From Asterionella formosa (taxonomy: Eukaryota): DNA of 62,668 nt. The notes under the pieces were generated by a model that saw only the letters and a list, made by a program, of their open reading frames with translations, did no database searches and was not told the origin of the DNA. A program made the translations under genes and the position numbers. The DNA lies in assembly GCA_002256025.1 (NCBI GenBank), contig NKIB01013201.1, forward strand, positions 1 through 62,668, given 5' to 3'. Of the stretch, positions 19,486 through 30,489 are shown one piece after another. Within the stretch, counting starts at the first letter, position 1; each line of letters starts with the position of its first letter.

Positions 19486-20124
19486 TCACTTCTGTTCCCA
19501 CTTGCTAATAGATCCTACTAGTAAGGGTGGTATATTTAGTTCCAGGTTCGCATTGAATACACCTGGATAGTTTGAGGCCTCTGCCAATTTACTCAATGAA
19601 ACATCACCCCTCAAAAATTCCTGTCTACCTTTCTTCCACGACGGAAAGCCATCAATCTCATTGGCTCTGCACATGGAAGGATTTCCTCCATTTCCCCTTG
19701 CGTCACATTCAACGTAGTTCTTGGCTGCCATAATTTGCCACGCTTCCCTTCCAAAGAGTTCCTTTTGACGAGTACAATGTGGGCACCAATAGGCACCATA
19801 AAGTACAATATTTTCTTTCTTTAAATGCTTCGCCAAGTCAATCGCTTGTAAAGACGACTCTCGGGTCACTCGTTTGGGAAGGTATATGAGGTCTCCTCGT
19901 TTGTCGTAAACTGAAAAGTACCCGGTCTTCTCTGCCATGACAGCATATGGAGGAGCTGAATTGGAATCTTCGAGGGGAAGCAAGGCTGTGACTGTTGTGA
20001 AAATGGCGGATTTGACGAAGCGGCGTCGTGCATTCTTACTGTTTGTGTTCAGTCCTTCTAGTTCTGTTATTATTGAGTATGTCACCGCGAAAAAGAGAAG
20101 AGTAATGATGCGAAGAGGCATCAT
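19486..20124 (-). CDS. Thioredoxin-like protein (VKOR/LTO1-associated type), predicted thylakoid lumen; tandem copy B
   Basis: 'YGAYWCPHCTRQKELFGREA', 'YVEC', 'IDGFPSW'. Signal peptide followed by twin-arginine 'RRRF'. Confidence 0.8.
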   Translation of the reverse strand: MMPLRIITLLFFAVTYSIITELEGLNTNSKNARRRFVKSAIFTTVTALLPLEDSNSAPPYAVMAEKTGYFSVYDKRGDLIYLPKRVTRESSLQAIDLAKHLKKENIVLYGAYWCPHCTRQKELFGREAWQIMAAKNYVECDARGNGGNPSMCRANEIDGFPSWKKGRQEFLRGDVSLSKLAEASNYPGVFNANLELNIPPLLVGSISKWEQK

Positions 20125-20794
20125 GACTGGTTGGTGTTATGGTTAAGATAGACCCATCAGCATTAACGAGTGTGGAAATCCAGCATTTTCCAGTTCACAG
20201 AATCACAAGAACACTTGACGAAACAAAAAAGAAGTGAGCATCAGTCATCATCGTCGTCATCATGTAAAAATATCATAATGCGTAGGTACTACCGGTTCCT
20301 ACGTAGACTCCCGTTGAAATGACACGACTTGGAGCAAAAGTAGAGACTGTATGCAATACGGTAAAAGGCAATAAATAATCAATATATAGTATATAAATAT
20401 ACCGGCACCGGTATCCCTCTAACTACTAGGAGTACCAGGTACCTGGTACCGGTATGCTGTACATCATCCAGCATACGCACTTGGTTAACTAAATATACCG
20501 CCATGGCTGTGCAATAATCATGGAGAATATGAATATTTCTATGAACAGTGTACCAGGGTACCACCGGCCAATGTTAACCACAGTACCGTAAGTAACCCAT
20601 ACTGCCACAATACAGTCTTCAACAACTGGGTAAAGCCTACTACGCCCAATTCGCATGTTCCTATAGCAAGTTCTCGATCTCTTAATACGGCTCAGGACCT
20701 GGAAGCTAGCTTGGGTAGCTGTAATTGGCCACAAGGCAAAATCTATTGTAATACCGTAAGGCAATCGTCCGATATTGTTAGCATTGAATCCCTA

Positions 20795-21415
20795 CTATTG
20801 ACACTTGCTAGATCCAAGCAAGGATGGTAAATTCTGTTCCAGTTCTTCATTGAATGATCCTGGATATTTGGAGGCTGCTGCCAATGCACTCAACGGAACT
20901 TCACCGCTCAACAATTCCAGTCTTCCTTTCTTCCACGTCGGAAATCCGTCAATATTGTTTGTTATGCACATGGAAGGATTTCCTCCATATCCTCGTCCGT
21001 CACATTCGACGTAGTTCTTGGCTGCCATAATTTTCCAAGCTTCCCGTCCAAAGAGTTCCTTTTGACGCGCACAATGTGGGCACCAGTAGGCGCCATAAAA
21101 GACTACATTTTGTTTCTTCAAATGGTTTGCCAAGTCAATCGCTTGTGGTGAGGACTCTCGTGCCACTCGTTTGGGAACATAGATAACACCTCCTTGCTTG
21201 TCGTATACTGGAAAGTACCCTAATTCCTCCGCCATGATGGCAAACGGAGGAGCTGCATTGGCAGCTGCGAGGGGCAAAAAGGCGGCTGCGGTTGTGCCAA
21301 TGGCGGATTGGACGAAGTGGCGCCTTGCATTGCTGTTGGTATTCATTCCTTCCAGTTCTGTTATTGAGTATGATACTGCGAGAAAGAGGAAAGTCTTGAT
21401 GCGGAGAGAGATCAT
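20795..21415 (-). CDS. Thioredoxin-like protein (VKOR/LTO1-associated type), predicted thylakoid lumen; tandem copy A
   Basis: 'YGAYWCPHCARQKELFGREA', 'IDGFPTW'. Signal peptide, then 'RRHF...AAANA' (Tat signal with AxA site). Clearly paralogous to 19486..20124. Confidence 0.82.
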   Translation of the reverse strand: MISLRIKTFLFLAVSYSITELEGMNTNSNARRHFVQSAIGTTAAAFLPLAAANAAPPFAIMAEELGYFPVYDKQGGVIYVPKRVARESSPQAIDLANHLKKQNVVFYGAYWCPHCARQKELFGREAWKIMAAKNYVECDGRGYGGNPSMCITNNIDGFPTWKKGRLELLSGEVPLSALAAASKYPGSFNEELEQNLPSLLGSSKCQ

Positions 21416-22884
21416 GCTGACTGGATGGTGTTACAGGAGTTATGATGATTTTGACGTTTTGATCATTATAAGCATTCATACAGGGTAGGTACATGGCACG
21501 GTGATAGGTACGAGTACCCTGGTAGACTACCTGGTCCAGCTGATAGGTCAGCAGAAGTGATGATGCGAGTGCGACAGATATGTGTGAGCATTTGGAGAAT
21601 ACCGGTACAATCAGGTAAATATCATTACCGGTATGGCTGGTTGCATGATCAAAATGCACAATGATCATGCCGGTAGTACAAAATGTAATCCTTAACCCTA
21701 TAGTTGCAAAGTACATCAATCCATTTTGTTTGCTTTGATCTGCTCACCATGTCACGCCAAGATCATCATTGTTTCTTGTGCAAAAGTAGTTCTTCCAAGG
21801 GTTTAAGAATTGTTCATTAAATCATAAGTGAAATGCTTAAGGGGAATTACTTTTCGCCAGATATTTAAAATTATAGATGTATCATTTATGCCCCCCCCCC
21901 CATCATTGTGCATGACCCATCCATTCAATTCTGGTTGATCAAATAAGGGTCTTTCTTCATAAAAATTAATACACGTCGTGGATACAAACAGTTTGATAAA
22001 GTATTTCAACAAACTGGTTCCAAAACAATCTTTGAAATGCACCAAACAAGCGAGTGAGGTCAAAATGTTGTTTAATATGCATTCGGCATATTTTTCAATA
22101 TTTATGTGGTGCAAGAATGATGATGATAGAGTCTATAATTAATTTAAAATGGGCGTGGATAATTGTGCTCATTTACTAATACAATGTACCAGACTCCTGT
22201 GAAATGAACACCAAAAAAGACTGGAGTGGTCTGCAGTGTTGTACGAGCAAGTCTACCATAATGATCACCAATTTAACCACCATTCAACTACCACTAGCTA
22301 GTAGCAAGAGTTACATAAGTGAAATTAGTATGGCTGGATTCATGCTCAGGGTGCATGAGGTATCCCTCGTAAGTGCTACATAGCATAATATTATTTAGCT
22401 GAGATGATGCCATTTTGTCTATACAAAACTTTACAGTGTAGTTGTTGTGATTGGCTGGAGTATCCTTGCTTCATCATGTAGTTTCAGCCTTGACCACGAC
22501 GAAAATAGCGAATATCTCTACAAAAATTGAGAACGATGCTTTCCTATTCAGTACATGTATCAATCATGACAAAGATAATTAAACAATCGTAGTATAATAA
22601 TCATTGAAATAACACTAATATTAACAACAAAAATTAAAAAGTCGCCGATTTTTTCCTTATTCTAGAGATGCACAAGTCAAAACGATGCTCTTGCGAAAAG
22701 ATTTTATGCTTGTACAGTGGTGGCTCTACAACGAAAAAGACGACTACTATAACAATAACATGACTAGCTAGTTGAAGCAAAAGATGTTAAAATATTATTT
22801 ATTGAATGAGAATTGATTGATTGTAGCTATTGGGAATTTTGTGATGGTGGATGAAGGTAGGTCATCAGCACCAACAAATGTGGT

Positions 22885-23115
22885 GTTACCAGGTACCAGG
22901 GTACCAGGTACCTGGTACCTACCGGGTAATATTTTGGTATGTATGGTCAAAGCAAAAAGCAAGCCGTTAATTATATACATAGTGGTCGCGACATCCATTC
23001 TTTTTGAGTGTGGTGGTACCAGGTACCAGGTACCTGGTACCATGTACTTGTTATTACCGGTATGTACCGGAATATTCTATCGTGGCTGGGGAAACTACCT
23101 ACCGTACCTGGTACA
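22885..23115. repeat. (TACCAGG)n/GGTACC arrays upstream of the PILS gene
   Basis: 'taccaggtaccagggtaccaggtacctggtacc' and 'ggtaccaggtaccaggtacctggtacc'. Confidence 0.85.
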
Positions 23116-23197
23116 TCATAAAATGTGAGCTCGACCTTACGACTACTAAAGTCACCTCCTGACAATCAACCAACCATATGATAGTAGTATCATTGTC

Positions 23198-24754
23198 ATG
23201 TCCTCCTCCTCTGCTGTCTCCTCCGTCATTGTCGCATCAGTGCAGTCAGTCGGCAAGGTGTTTGTCATTGGCGGCGTGGGTTGGTCCAGCGTGAAGTACC
23301 CTCGACGAGCGCCACTCCTTCCACACTCCGCCACCACCCCATTAGCACGGCTCTGCTTCCATACGCTGGTACTGCCCTTGATCTTCGGGACTATCGCTCA
23401 AGCCGTCACGTACCAAACTATGAGTGATTTGTGGTTCGTGCTAGCAGCGACTGTGCTGATGGTGCTCACGTCCTACTTCACGGCCACGGCACTAGGATAC
23501 GCGATGAATCTGCACAAGGAGCTTCCGCTTGACTTTGATGCTCTCCGGATATCAGCCGCCTTCCCCAATATTGTGGCGCTTCCGATATTGATCTTTCCCA
23601 GTCTGTGCGAATACGCGGTCGTGTACCAATCTGTCGGGGCGGAGGGGTCGTCAGACCAACTCACGCAACAATGTATCGCCACATCCAATGCCATGATTTT
23701 TGTTTCCTTTTTCGCGTGGTCCTTTTTGTTCTGGTCCTTGGGGAATCGACAATTGTTGCGAGCTGCCAATCAACGAGCGAATAATCGTATTCAGCAACAA
23801 ATACACCAGGAAGAGGGTGAGCAATTACAACAACCACCAATAGAGCCATCAACCTGCATGATCTTTTGGATTGCTCTGAAACAAACCATGTCTTCACCCG
23901 GATTCATTGCCATGGTACTTGGTTTCATTACTGGATGCATCACGCCTCTGAAAGAGGCATTGTTTTCGCCAGGTGGTGCACTTCGATTTTTGGGAGCCGC
24001 CATTGACACATTGGGACAAGCCAGTAGTTCGATCTCCACCATGGTAGTCGCAGCTAGTTTGGTACCAAACGAGACGCAAGAAGCACCATCAAGGGGACAA
24101 CAGGAAGGGGAAGATGTAGACGAATCAACTGAAGAAATGGAAATGGTACCAGAGCACGCATCTACGGATATAGAACGAGAGTCTGTATCCTCCGTAGGGT
24201 CGAAAAATGACGTTGGTGGTCGAGTAGCTTTAGTGAAAGAAGCACCTTGTACCGTTGCTGTCCTTCAAGACGACGATGGACATAATGAATCACCAATCAT
24301 GTCAGACCCCAACTTTGGTACTTTGAGATATCGACGGAAATCTTCAATTGTCCTTCAATCACTTCGACGTCAGTCTACCAAAATTGTATCGAGTCTTCGC
24401 CGGTCCAACCCCCAGATGCGCAAACTACACATATGGTTTACTCTCAGCCGACTTGTACTCTCACCAGCACTAATATGTGGAATTTTGATTGGTTTGGAAT
24501 GTGGAGGCTTATTGCATGGCGTTCCTCCCCTGGCCAAGCTAGTAGTGGTCATCAATTCAGCACTTCCGGGGGCATTGATTGTGGTGGTACTTCTCAAATC
24601 TAATCCAGCCTTGGCAGAGACGGCAGCTGTAGTGGCCAAGGTATACTTGACTTCCTATATATTATCAATTGTTACGCTTGCCGCTTGGACCGTCGTCGGT
24701 TTGTGGATATCAATACCTCACGACGATGGATCGTCGTTTTGTAGTGCGAGATGA
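23198..24754 (+). CDS. Auxin efflux carrier family (PIN-LIKES/Mem_trans) transporter
   Basis: Two blocks of about five TM segments around a hydrophilic loop. Motifs 'LPLIFGTIA', 'AFPNIVALPILI', 'LGQASSSI', 'RLVLSPAL', 'SALPGA'. Confidence 0.75.
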   Translation: MSSSSAVSSVIVASVQSVGKVFVIGGVGWSSVKYPRRAPLLPHSATTPLARLCFHTLVLPLIFGTIAQAVTYQTMSDLWFVLAATVLMVLTSYFTATALGYAMNLHKELPLDFDALRISAAFPNIVALPILIFPSLCEYAVVYQSVGAEGSSDQLTQQCIATSNAMIFVSFFAWSFLFWSLGNRQLLRAANQRANNRIQQQIHQEEGEQLQQPPIEPSTCMIFWIALKQTMSSPGFIAMVLGFITGCITPLKEALFSPGGALRFLGAAIDTLGQASSSISTMVVAASLVPNETQEAPSRGQQEGEDVDESTEEMEMVPEHASTDIERESVSSVGSKNDVGGRVALVKEAPCTVAVLQDDDGHNESPIMSDPNFGTLRYRRKSSIVLQSLRRQSTKIVSSLRRSNPQMRKLHIWFTLSRLVLSPALICGILIGLECGGLLHGVPPLAKLVVVINSALPGALIVVVLLKSNPALAETAAVVAKVYLTSYILSIVTLAAWTVVGLWISIPHDDGSSFCSAR

Positions 24755-24838
24755 TATTAATACTATAGCATAGAACAGATAATATATTATTTATGGAATG
24801 TATTATCCAGATACAATTTTTCAATTCTCCTCTTGCAT

Positions 24839-26038
24839 TTACTTGTTCTCACCAATTGAAATCACAATCTTGCCATGGCCTTTTCTAGCGATGTGCAAAT
24901 TCCAAGCCTCCTTGATATCAGCCTCTGTAAACGCATGTGGCGATTTTGGATCAACAATGACTTTGAATTCTTGTTTCCCTGCCATTGTCAAGGCTCGTTC
25001 TAATGATTTCTTGTCAGCCGTTCCCAAATACATGCGATAATAGGGGGTCGTTTGGCGTACCACATTCCAAAGCTGTCGACCCAATGGTGGGAACAGAAGT
25101 TCGAAAATTTGATAATAATGTTTCCCATCAATATGCCAGTCATTGAAGACGACGGCAATCCAACGACCTCCCTGATTGGCACCCTTTAATACGGACTTTT
25201 TGTTGTTGCAATTGATTACTTTGTCCCAACCTTGTTTACCTTCAGCAGCGTCAATAATAACATCCAAGGGATTTTTAATAAGATCCTCATCTTCCCACCA
25301 ATTTGATTCTTTGTAGTTGATTGCCTTATCAACACCAAGCTCCTTCAACAATGACGTATCTGTGGACGTTGCAGCTACATAACTTGCTCCTTTCGATTTT
25401 AGCAATTGCAGTAAAATCGTTCCAACCCCTCCAGACCCTCCCAATACCAAGACTCTGTCTCCTGGTTGAATAGAAGCACGATCCAGAATACTCAGAGCAT
25501 GACTTGCTGAATTGGCCAAGGCAGCGCCTTGAACAGCAGTGAGAGTCTCTGGAAGTTTGACTGTTCGATTGGGATCAACAATCATATATTCACCCATTCC
25601 TCCCTGCCCAAATGTATCCCACGTGGCGACTACAGTGTCTCCCAGAAGAAACGAGGAAGCCCCTGTTGTGGTTTGTTCCACGACAACTCCACAAACATCA
25701 CCTCCAGGAATGTACGGCATGGTTGGATTGCAGACGACGGTCTTGTCTCCCAACAAGGCACGGTAGTCTCCAGGAGATAAGGAACAAGCATTTACTTGGA
25801 TCAATAGAGCGTCCTTGTTGGTTGGTAGGGTGGGTTTAGGAGTATCACGGATAGACAGGACTTCGTTGGGACTTCCAAATTTGGATGCCATTACTGCTTT
25901 CATCATCGTGGACATGTTGTTGTTCTTGTTGTTGCTCTTGTTCTTGTTGTTGCTGCTGCTGGAATACGCCGCTATGAGTGAAATCAATTGAAAGAAAAGG
26001 ATCAAGGAAATGATAAGACAAAGAAGGGATCTGTTCAT
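24839..26038 (-). CDS. Zinc-independent medium-chain dehydrogenase/quinone oxidoreductase (RTN4IP1-like) with N-terminal signal
   Basis: 'PYIPGGDVCGVV', 'RVLVLGGSGGVGT', 'GHGKIVI'. ATG at 26038 begins a hydrophobic signal followed by a Ser/Asn-rich linker. Confidence 0.85.
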   Translation of the reverse strand: MNRSLLCLIISLILFFQLISLIAAYSSSSNNKNKSNNKNNNMSTMMKAVMASKFGSPNEVLSIRDTPKPTLPTNKDALLIQVNACSLSPGDYRALLGDKTVVCNPTMPYIPGGDVCGVVVEQTTTGASSFLLGDTVVATWDTFGQGGMGEYMIVDPNRTVKLPETLTAVQGAALANSASHALSILDRASIQPGDRVLVLGGSGGVGTILLQLLKSKGASYVAATSTDTSLLKELGVDKAINYKESNWWEDEDLIKNPLDVIIDAAEGKQGWDKVINCNNKKSVLKGANQGGRWIAVVFNDWHIDGKHYYQIFELLFPPLGRQLWNVVRQTTPYYRMYLGTADKKSLERALTMAGKQEFKVIVDPKSPHAFTEADIKEAWNLHIARKGHGKIVISIGENK

Positions 26039-27526
26039 CAAGAGTGGTAGGAACGATAAACCAAAATGTATTTGATTGCCCAGAAAAGAACTTGAGCTGG
26101 GCGCGGTCACTAATTAGTATTATTTGATTTGATTTGAAATTGTTGTTATGATATACACGAGGAAAATACGGTCGTAGATTTATTTGGCGGTGTCGAGGAT
26201 CGACGTTCTGGTCGTGCGTTGCGACGAAGTAGCTGGAACACCACGACTCCATAGAGTAGTACCCTGGTACCAAACAGCCACAAAGATCCATGGATACAAG
26301 ATACCAGGTGTACTTGGAACACTAATCTACACGTATTTCTGTTTGTCGGCCTACCAGGTACCCGTGCCACTACCTGGTACCGAGGACACCCGAAGTATTT
26401 ACTACCGGTATACTTCATCCATTCTTATGCAGGTAATAATGAACCAGATGGTGTAACCCAGGAATTCAGTTTGGCCACTACCACAGAAAGCAAGGGCAGT
26501 GGAACTTTCAACTGAATGTACTCCTTGCAAGAAACCAGGTATAGTAGACTTGTACATTATAATGAGTGGTACTCTTACTGCAGACAAAATATCATCATTG
26601 GTTGAATTGAGTCAAGGAAATTCAAATTACAACAAGCAAGCAAAAGCAATAACTAATTGATAGAGTGATGCCATCTGGCTGGCTCCTACCCTTAGTGACA
26701 ATTCCAAGCAACTTAGTCTATCATTACTACCCTGAACACATTTGGACTTGATCACCCAAGCAGTGTAGGGCAATACACTTGTGGAGTACCACATATGCAA
26801 AGGATTCATGGATTGAACTGATATTGGTGACAAAAGACAGAACAAAATGTCATCACTATCAGAGGTTGATTGCATTATTCAATGCAAATGTACAGAGTTA
26901 AAGTTCATACATCATTAGGTAAATATATAATCATATATTTATATTCTAGATTGCTCGATGTATTTATTTCAATGTCCAAGCACTACCGGTACCGTACCGG
27001 TACCAGGTACCAAATTGTTTGACAATTGACGTGCGTAGCGACCTAATTAAAATTTTGATATGTAATCTACATACGTGATTTCTCCCTGGAACCACGTTGC
27101 AGGTACGAGTACGTACATTTTTTTGTCCGTGCTTGTTGCATTGGTGAGTGTCCTGATGATGGGTCATGAGGAGCAGCCCATGCGCGCCGGCAAAAAAATA
27201 AAGCAACAAGCAAGCACGAAACAAGAAAAAGCAAAGAATGACGCAATCAATTTTTTGGGTGCAAAACGGGGGGGAATTCTGAAACTATCTTCGTTTTAGT
27301 CACTTTTGCTTCCTGCGTGCTTGCCTGATTGCCTGTTTACACGGAATACTACTAAGCGCACAATCAGAAATACCGTACTGTAAATGGATTACACTTTTTA
27401 CCACCATTTCCCTTTACAATAGTTGTCCAACCTCAATCGGATCTCATTCTCCTCTTCCACCATTGATTGACTCTATTATATAAATTATTCATAATTGACA
27501 AGTGTTTATATATTAGTTCAAACATC

Positions 27527-28900
27527 ATGTCCGCCGAAGCTAGAGCCATGCTCGATGCCTTAATGGGCGGAGATCGGAATGCCCCGCTTCCACCTGGCAC
27601 AGCCCTTCCTGGACGGAAAAAGTCAAACGGAGCCTTAGTCCTGCCCAAGAAGAGAACCAAATCAGTGTACGACGGAGATGTTGATCCACTCTATTGCGCA
27701 TGGGGATACGACGTTTACGAACTCTTTGTCAATACCAAATCAGCCATTGGGAACAATCCAAAGACGGTCGACGCAGCCGCACGAGATGAATACTTGGCGT
27801 TGCCAAAGCATGAACAAGACCGACTGGGATTTGAGGGAATTCTCTTTAGGAAGTTATCGGACTTAGTCAGGCAGTGCGACAGAACAGTGGCGAGGAACAA
27901 GGAAAAGCTGCAGCAAGAACTCAACAAGCAAAAGGAAAAGTGCAATGGGCGAGACTACATTGAGGAAATCGATGAGGGTGCCCTGCAAGAGTTGGCGAGA
28001 TTGACGGTTGAGCTTGAGCAGATGGAAGCTGAGGTGGAGCAGCTCACCCAAGATTTGGAAAAGCAAGTTCTCAAGCAGAAAGACTTGGAGGAACAGATCA
28101 GCCACGAGAAAAAATTAGGAGGGGAAGTGACTACAGCTAACGAGGCTATTAAGACTGACGACAATATCGCCGAGCCACCTATTAAAGACGATGAATCAAA
28201 CACAGAGCCCGGAGACCCCGTGAAAACAGAAGACATGGTCGCCAAGACTGAACCACTCATCAAGGAATTAGAAGGGGAATCGACCCAAGAAGCAACTCTC
28301 CTTCAACAAGAACTGCATTCCACTATCCTTACCAAACAGCAACTCCTCTTTGATTTGGCACGCAAAGTTCAACAGTATGCCCCCATCAAGGACGCTTATG
28401 CTTTTTGTCTCAAAAATTTGCACTACATCAAAAGTGACATTGCTTCAGACAAAACCGTGTGTGAAGTTTCTGGGAATTTCATGAGTGCCAGAGATGCAGA
28501 TGAACGTATTGCGGCACATTTTGCTGGAAAGCAATACGTGGGATGGAAATTGGTAAGAACCAAACTCAAGGAGCTACAGGACAAGTATGGTCGGTTTGGG
28601 CCACCGAATCCAAGTCGTGTTGCGCCACCTCCAGTACAGAGGGTGGAAGAGCGAGGACGTGACAGTGGACGTGGTACTGATGGGGGCAGGTGGGAGCGAG
28701 GAGTTGGATACAATGATCGTGGTCCACCACCGCCGCGTCATGAGGATCGAGGTGGTGGTTACAATGACCGGGGTGGTGGCTACAATGACCGGGGTGGTGG
28801 TTACAGTGATCGAGGTGGTGGATATAGTGATCGTGGTGGAGGGGGACGAGATGGTGGACGAGGCAGATATGATGATCGTGGTGGACGATGGGGTCGATAA
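27527..28900 (+). CDS. LUC7: LUC7-like U1 snRNP-associated splicing factor
   Basis: 'MSAEARAMLDALMG', 'LFVNTK', coiled coil, 'VCEVSG...RIAAHFAGKQY', and an RGG-rich C-terminus. Confidence 0.88.
   Translation: MSAEARAMLDALMGGDRNAPLPPGTALPGRKKSNGALVLPKKRTKSVYDGDVDPLYCAWGYDVYELFVNTKSAIGNNPKTVDAAARDEYLALPKHEQDRLGFEGILFRKLSDLVRQCDRTVARNKEKLQQELNKQKEKCNGRDYIEEIDEGALQELARLTVELEQMEAEVEQLTQDLEKQVLKQKDLEEQISHEKKLGGEVTTANEAIKTDDNIAEPPIKDDESNTEPGDPVKTEDMVAKTEPLIKELEGESTQEATLLQQELHSTILTKQQLLFDLARKVQQYAPIKDAYAFCLKNLHYIKSDIASDKTVCEVSGNFMSARDADERIAAHFAGKQYVGWKLVRTKLKELQDKYGRFGPPNPSRVAPPPVQRVEERGRDSGRGTDGGRWERGVGYNDRGPPPPRHEDRGGGYNDRGGGYNDRGGGYSDRGGGYSDRGGGGRDGGRGRYDDRGGRWGR
28744..28838 (+). repeat. Coding 21-bp tandem repeat encoding (DRGGGY[N/S])n in LUC7
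   Basis: About four to five near-identical units such as gatcgaggtggtggttacaat and gaccggggtggtggctacaat. Confidence 0.85.
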
Positions 28901-30079
28901 GAAGTAGTTGATCAAGGATGATTAAGATGGTAAGGGGTGAGTTCAACGGATCATGGCTTTTGTGAGCGTCAATTATGTTGTTCTCTCTAGCCATCACGTC
29001 CACAGCCCCATTTTCCGTGACTGTACGGAGTTCCCTGTGGGTTATACCGGTTATGCCATTTTCTTTGAATTTCGACTTGCAAATTGCGATGGCTTCAAAG
29101 ATGGAACAGACAAGTTGTAAGTAGCACAATAAAGCAAAAAAGATGATAGTCTTCAAGGTAAGATCCCACACTTCACCTTTTTCAGTTTCAATGTTTGGTT
29201 TGGTAGAACATGACATTTTGGTTTTTGAAGATCGCTCAAAATGGAATGATCTGTACAAAAAAATGCAGCAAATAAGAACAGGAATCAGACCCAGCAGCAT
29301 TGTTTGCTACATTAGTGCTTGTCAACCATATCTATTAGCTAGCATCAACCTGTGCTCGAGAGTAAGTGAGATGTTCTGGCCTCTGGACCAGGCATGTTTC
29401 CAATATTCAATTGTGTGAATTCCATACCTATACACAGTTAGTTCTGAAGGTCCCAATATTCCACATGAAACACATTCAATCTAAATTGAATAAAAATGTA
29501 TGAATTCTTTTCTTTTGTTATAGCTGATATGATATTCTGGAGCAGTCCTCATTTTGCACTAATTCATCATCATTTGAGATTTTCATGCATTCAAGGACCG
29601 GAAGGAGCACTGCTCTGTATAGACAGGGACTTATCTTACAATAGTGAGCAATTTTCAGCAAAGCATGTCAAAGTCAACTGTTACTAGTCGTCCCCTCTAA
29701 GATGGTGGAAATAGTTCTGAATTCTTTGGGTTAGAAAATTTAAAGTAGTAGGATCCAACAAGATTCCTGAAAGTAGTTTGATTTCGCTTGCATTAACTGC
29801 TCCACAAGTCATTAAAATATAAAATCACAGTGAAGGTAGCATTTATGAAAAACTCAAGAGCTCACCATGCTTGCTTGCATGAACCGAAGGAGTGTGTTCT
29901 TGAGTACGATGTGTTTAATGCTCAGATTTTGGGTCAAGGATAACAAAAATATGAAGTACCATTCTTCATTTTCCATTTTGTTGCAATTGCATGCACAATC
30001 CAATTCCTGCTGTTTCTCCTCCAAATGGTACGGCAACCTTTTCTCTTTTTATTTGAATTTCATGAAATTTAAAAATTTG

Positions 30080-30442
30080 AAACTCACTTTTAATGCGCTT
30101 TCTAAGACCACCATGGCGTTACATGTGGAATTTCATAGCTTGGCATGCCAACTCAACTGTGTGCTTTCCTAGGTTTATTAGCGTACTAGGTGAGTCCCAA
30201 CCATCTTTTGCAAAAGGTAATCTTCGTAGCTACAGCATTCTTAAGGGAAACTCCAACTGCCTAGGAAGGCGGCACACTGATTTTATGGGGGCAACCCACT
30301 TTTCCTTGCACAACAGGCAAGACCAAGGTGGACGTTGAGGAGTGTGGGAGTCAAACCCAACAATTGTTTCGCAAAAAATTGCGGGAATCAACTACGCAAC
30401 TTCAAATCAAAGGCAACATGCCCAACCAACTTATCCATTCCC
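30080..30442 (-). mobile_element. tRNA-derived SINE-like dispersed repeat, copy 1
   Basis: Colinear similarity to 61288-61616 (shared 'aggtgagtcccaacca', 'ctaggaaggc.gcacactg', 'cacttttccttgcaca', 'gagtgtgggagt..aacccaacaattg'). The minus-strand 5' end has A-box-like TGGATAAGTTGG and B-box-like sequences. Confidence 0.6.
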
Positions 30443-30489
30443 CTAGTTTTCAGGCAACTAACACATAGCAGGAAATGCATGGAAATTCA

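Noticed and set aside
28566..29300. 244-aa His-rich minus-strand ORF
   Set aside because: The His repeats are the antisense reading of the LUC7 RGG repeat, and the remainder runs through CpG-poor non-coding DNA.
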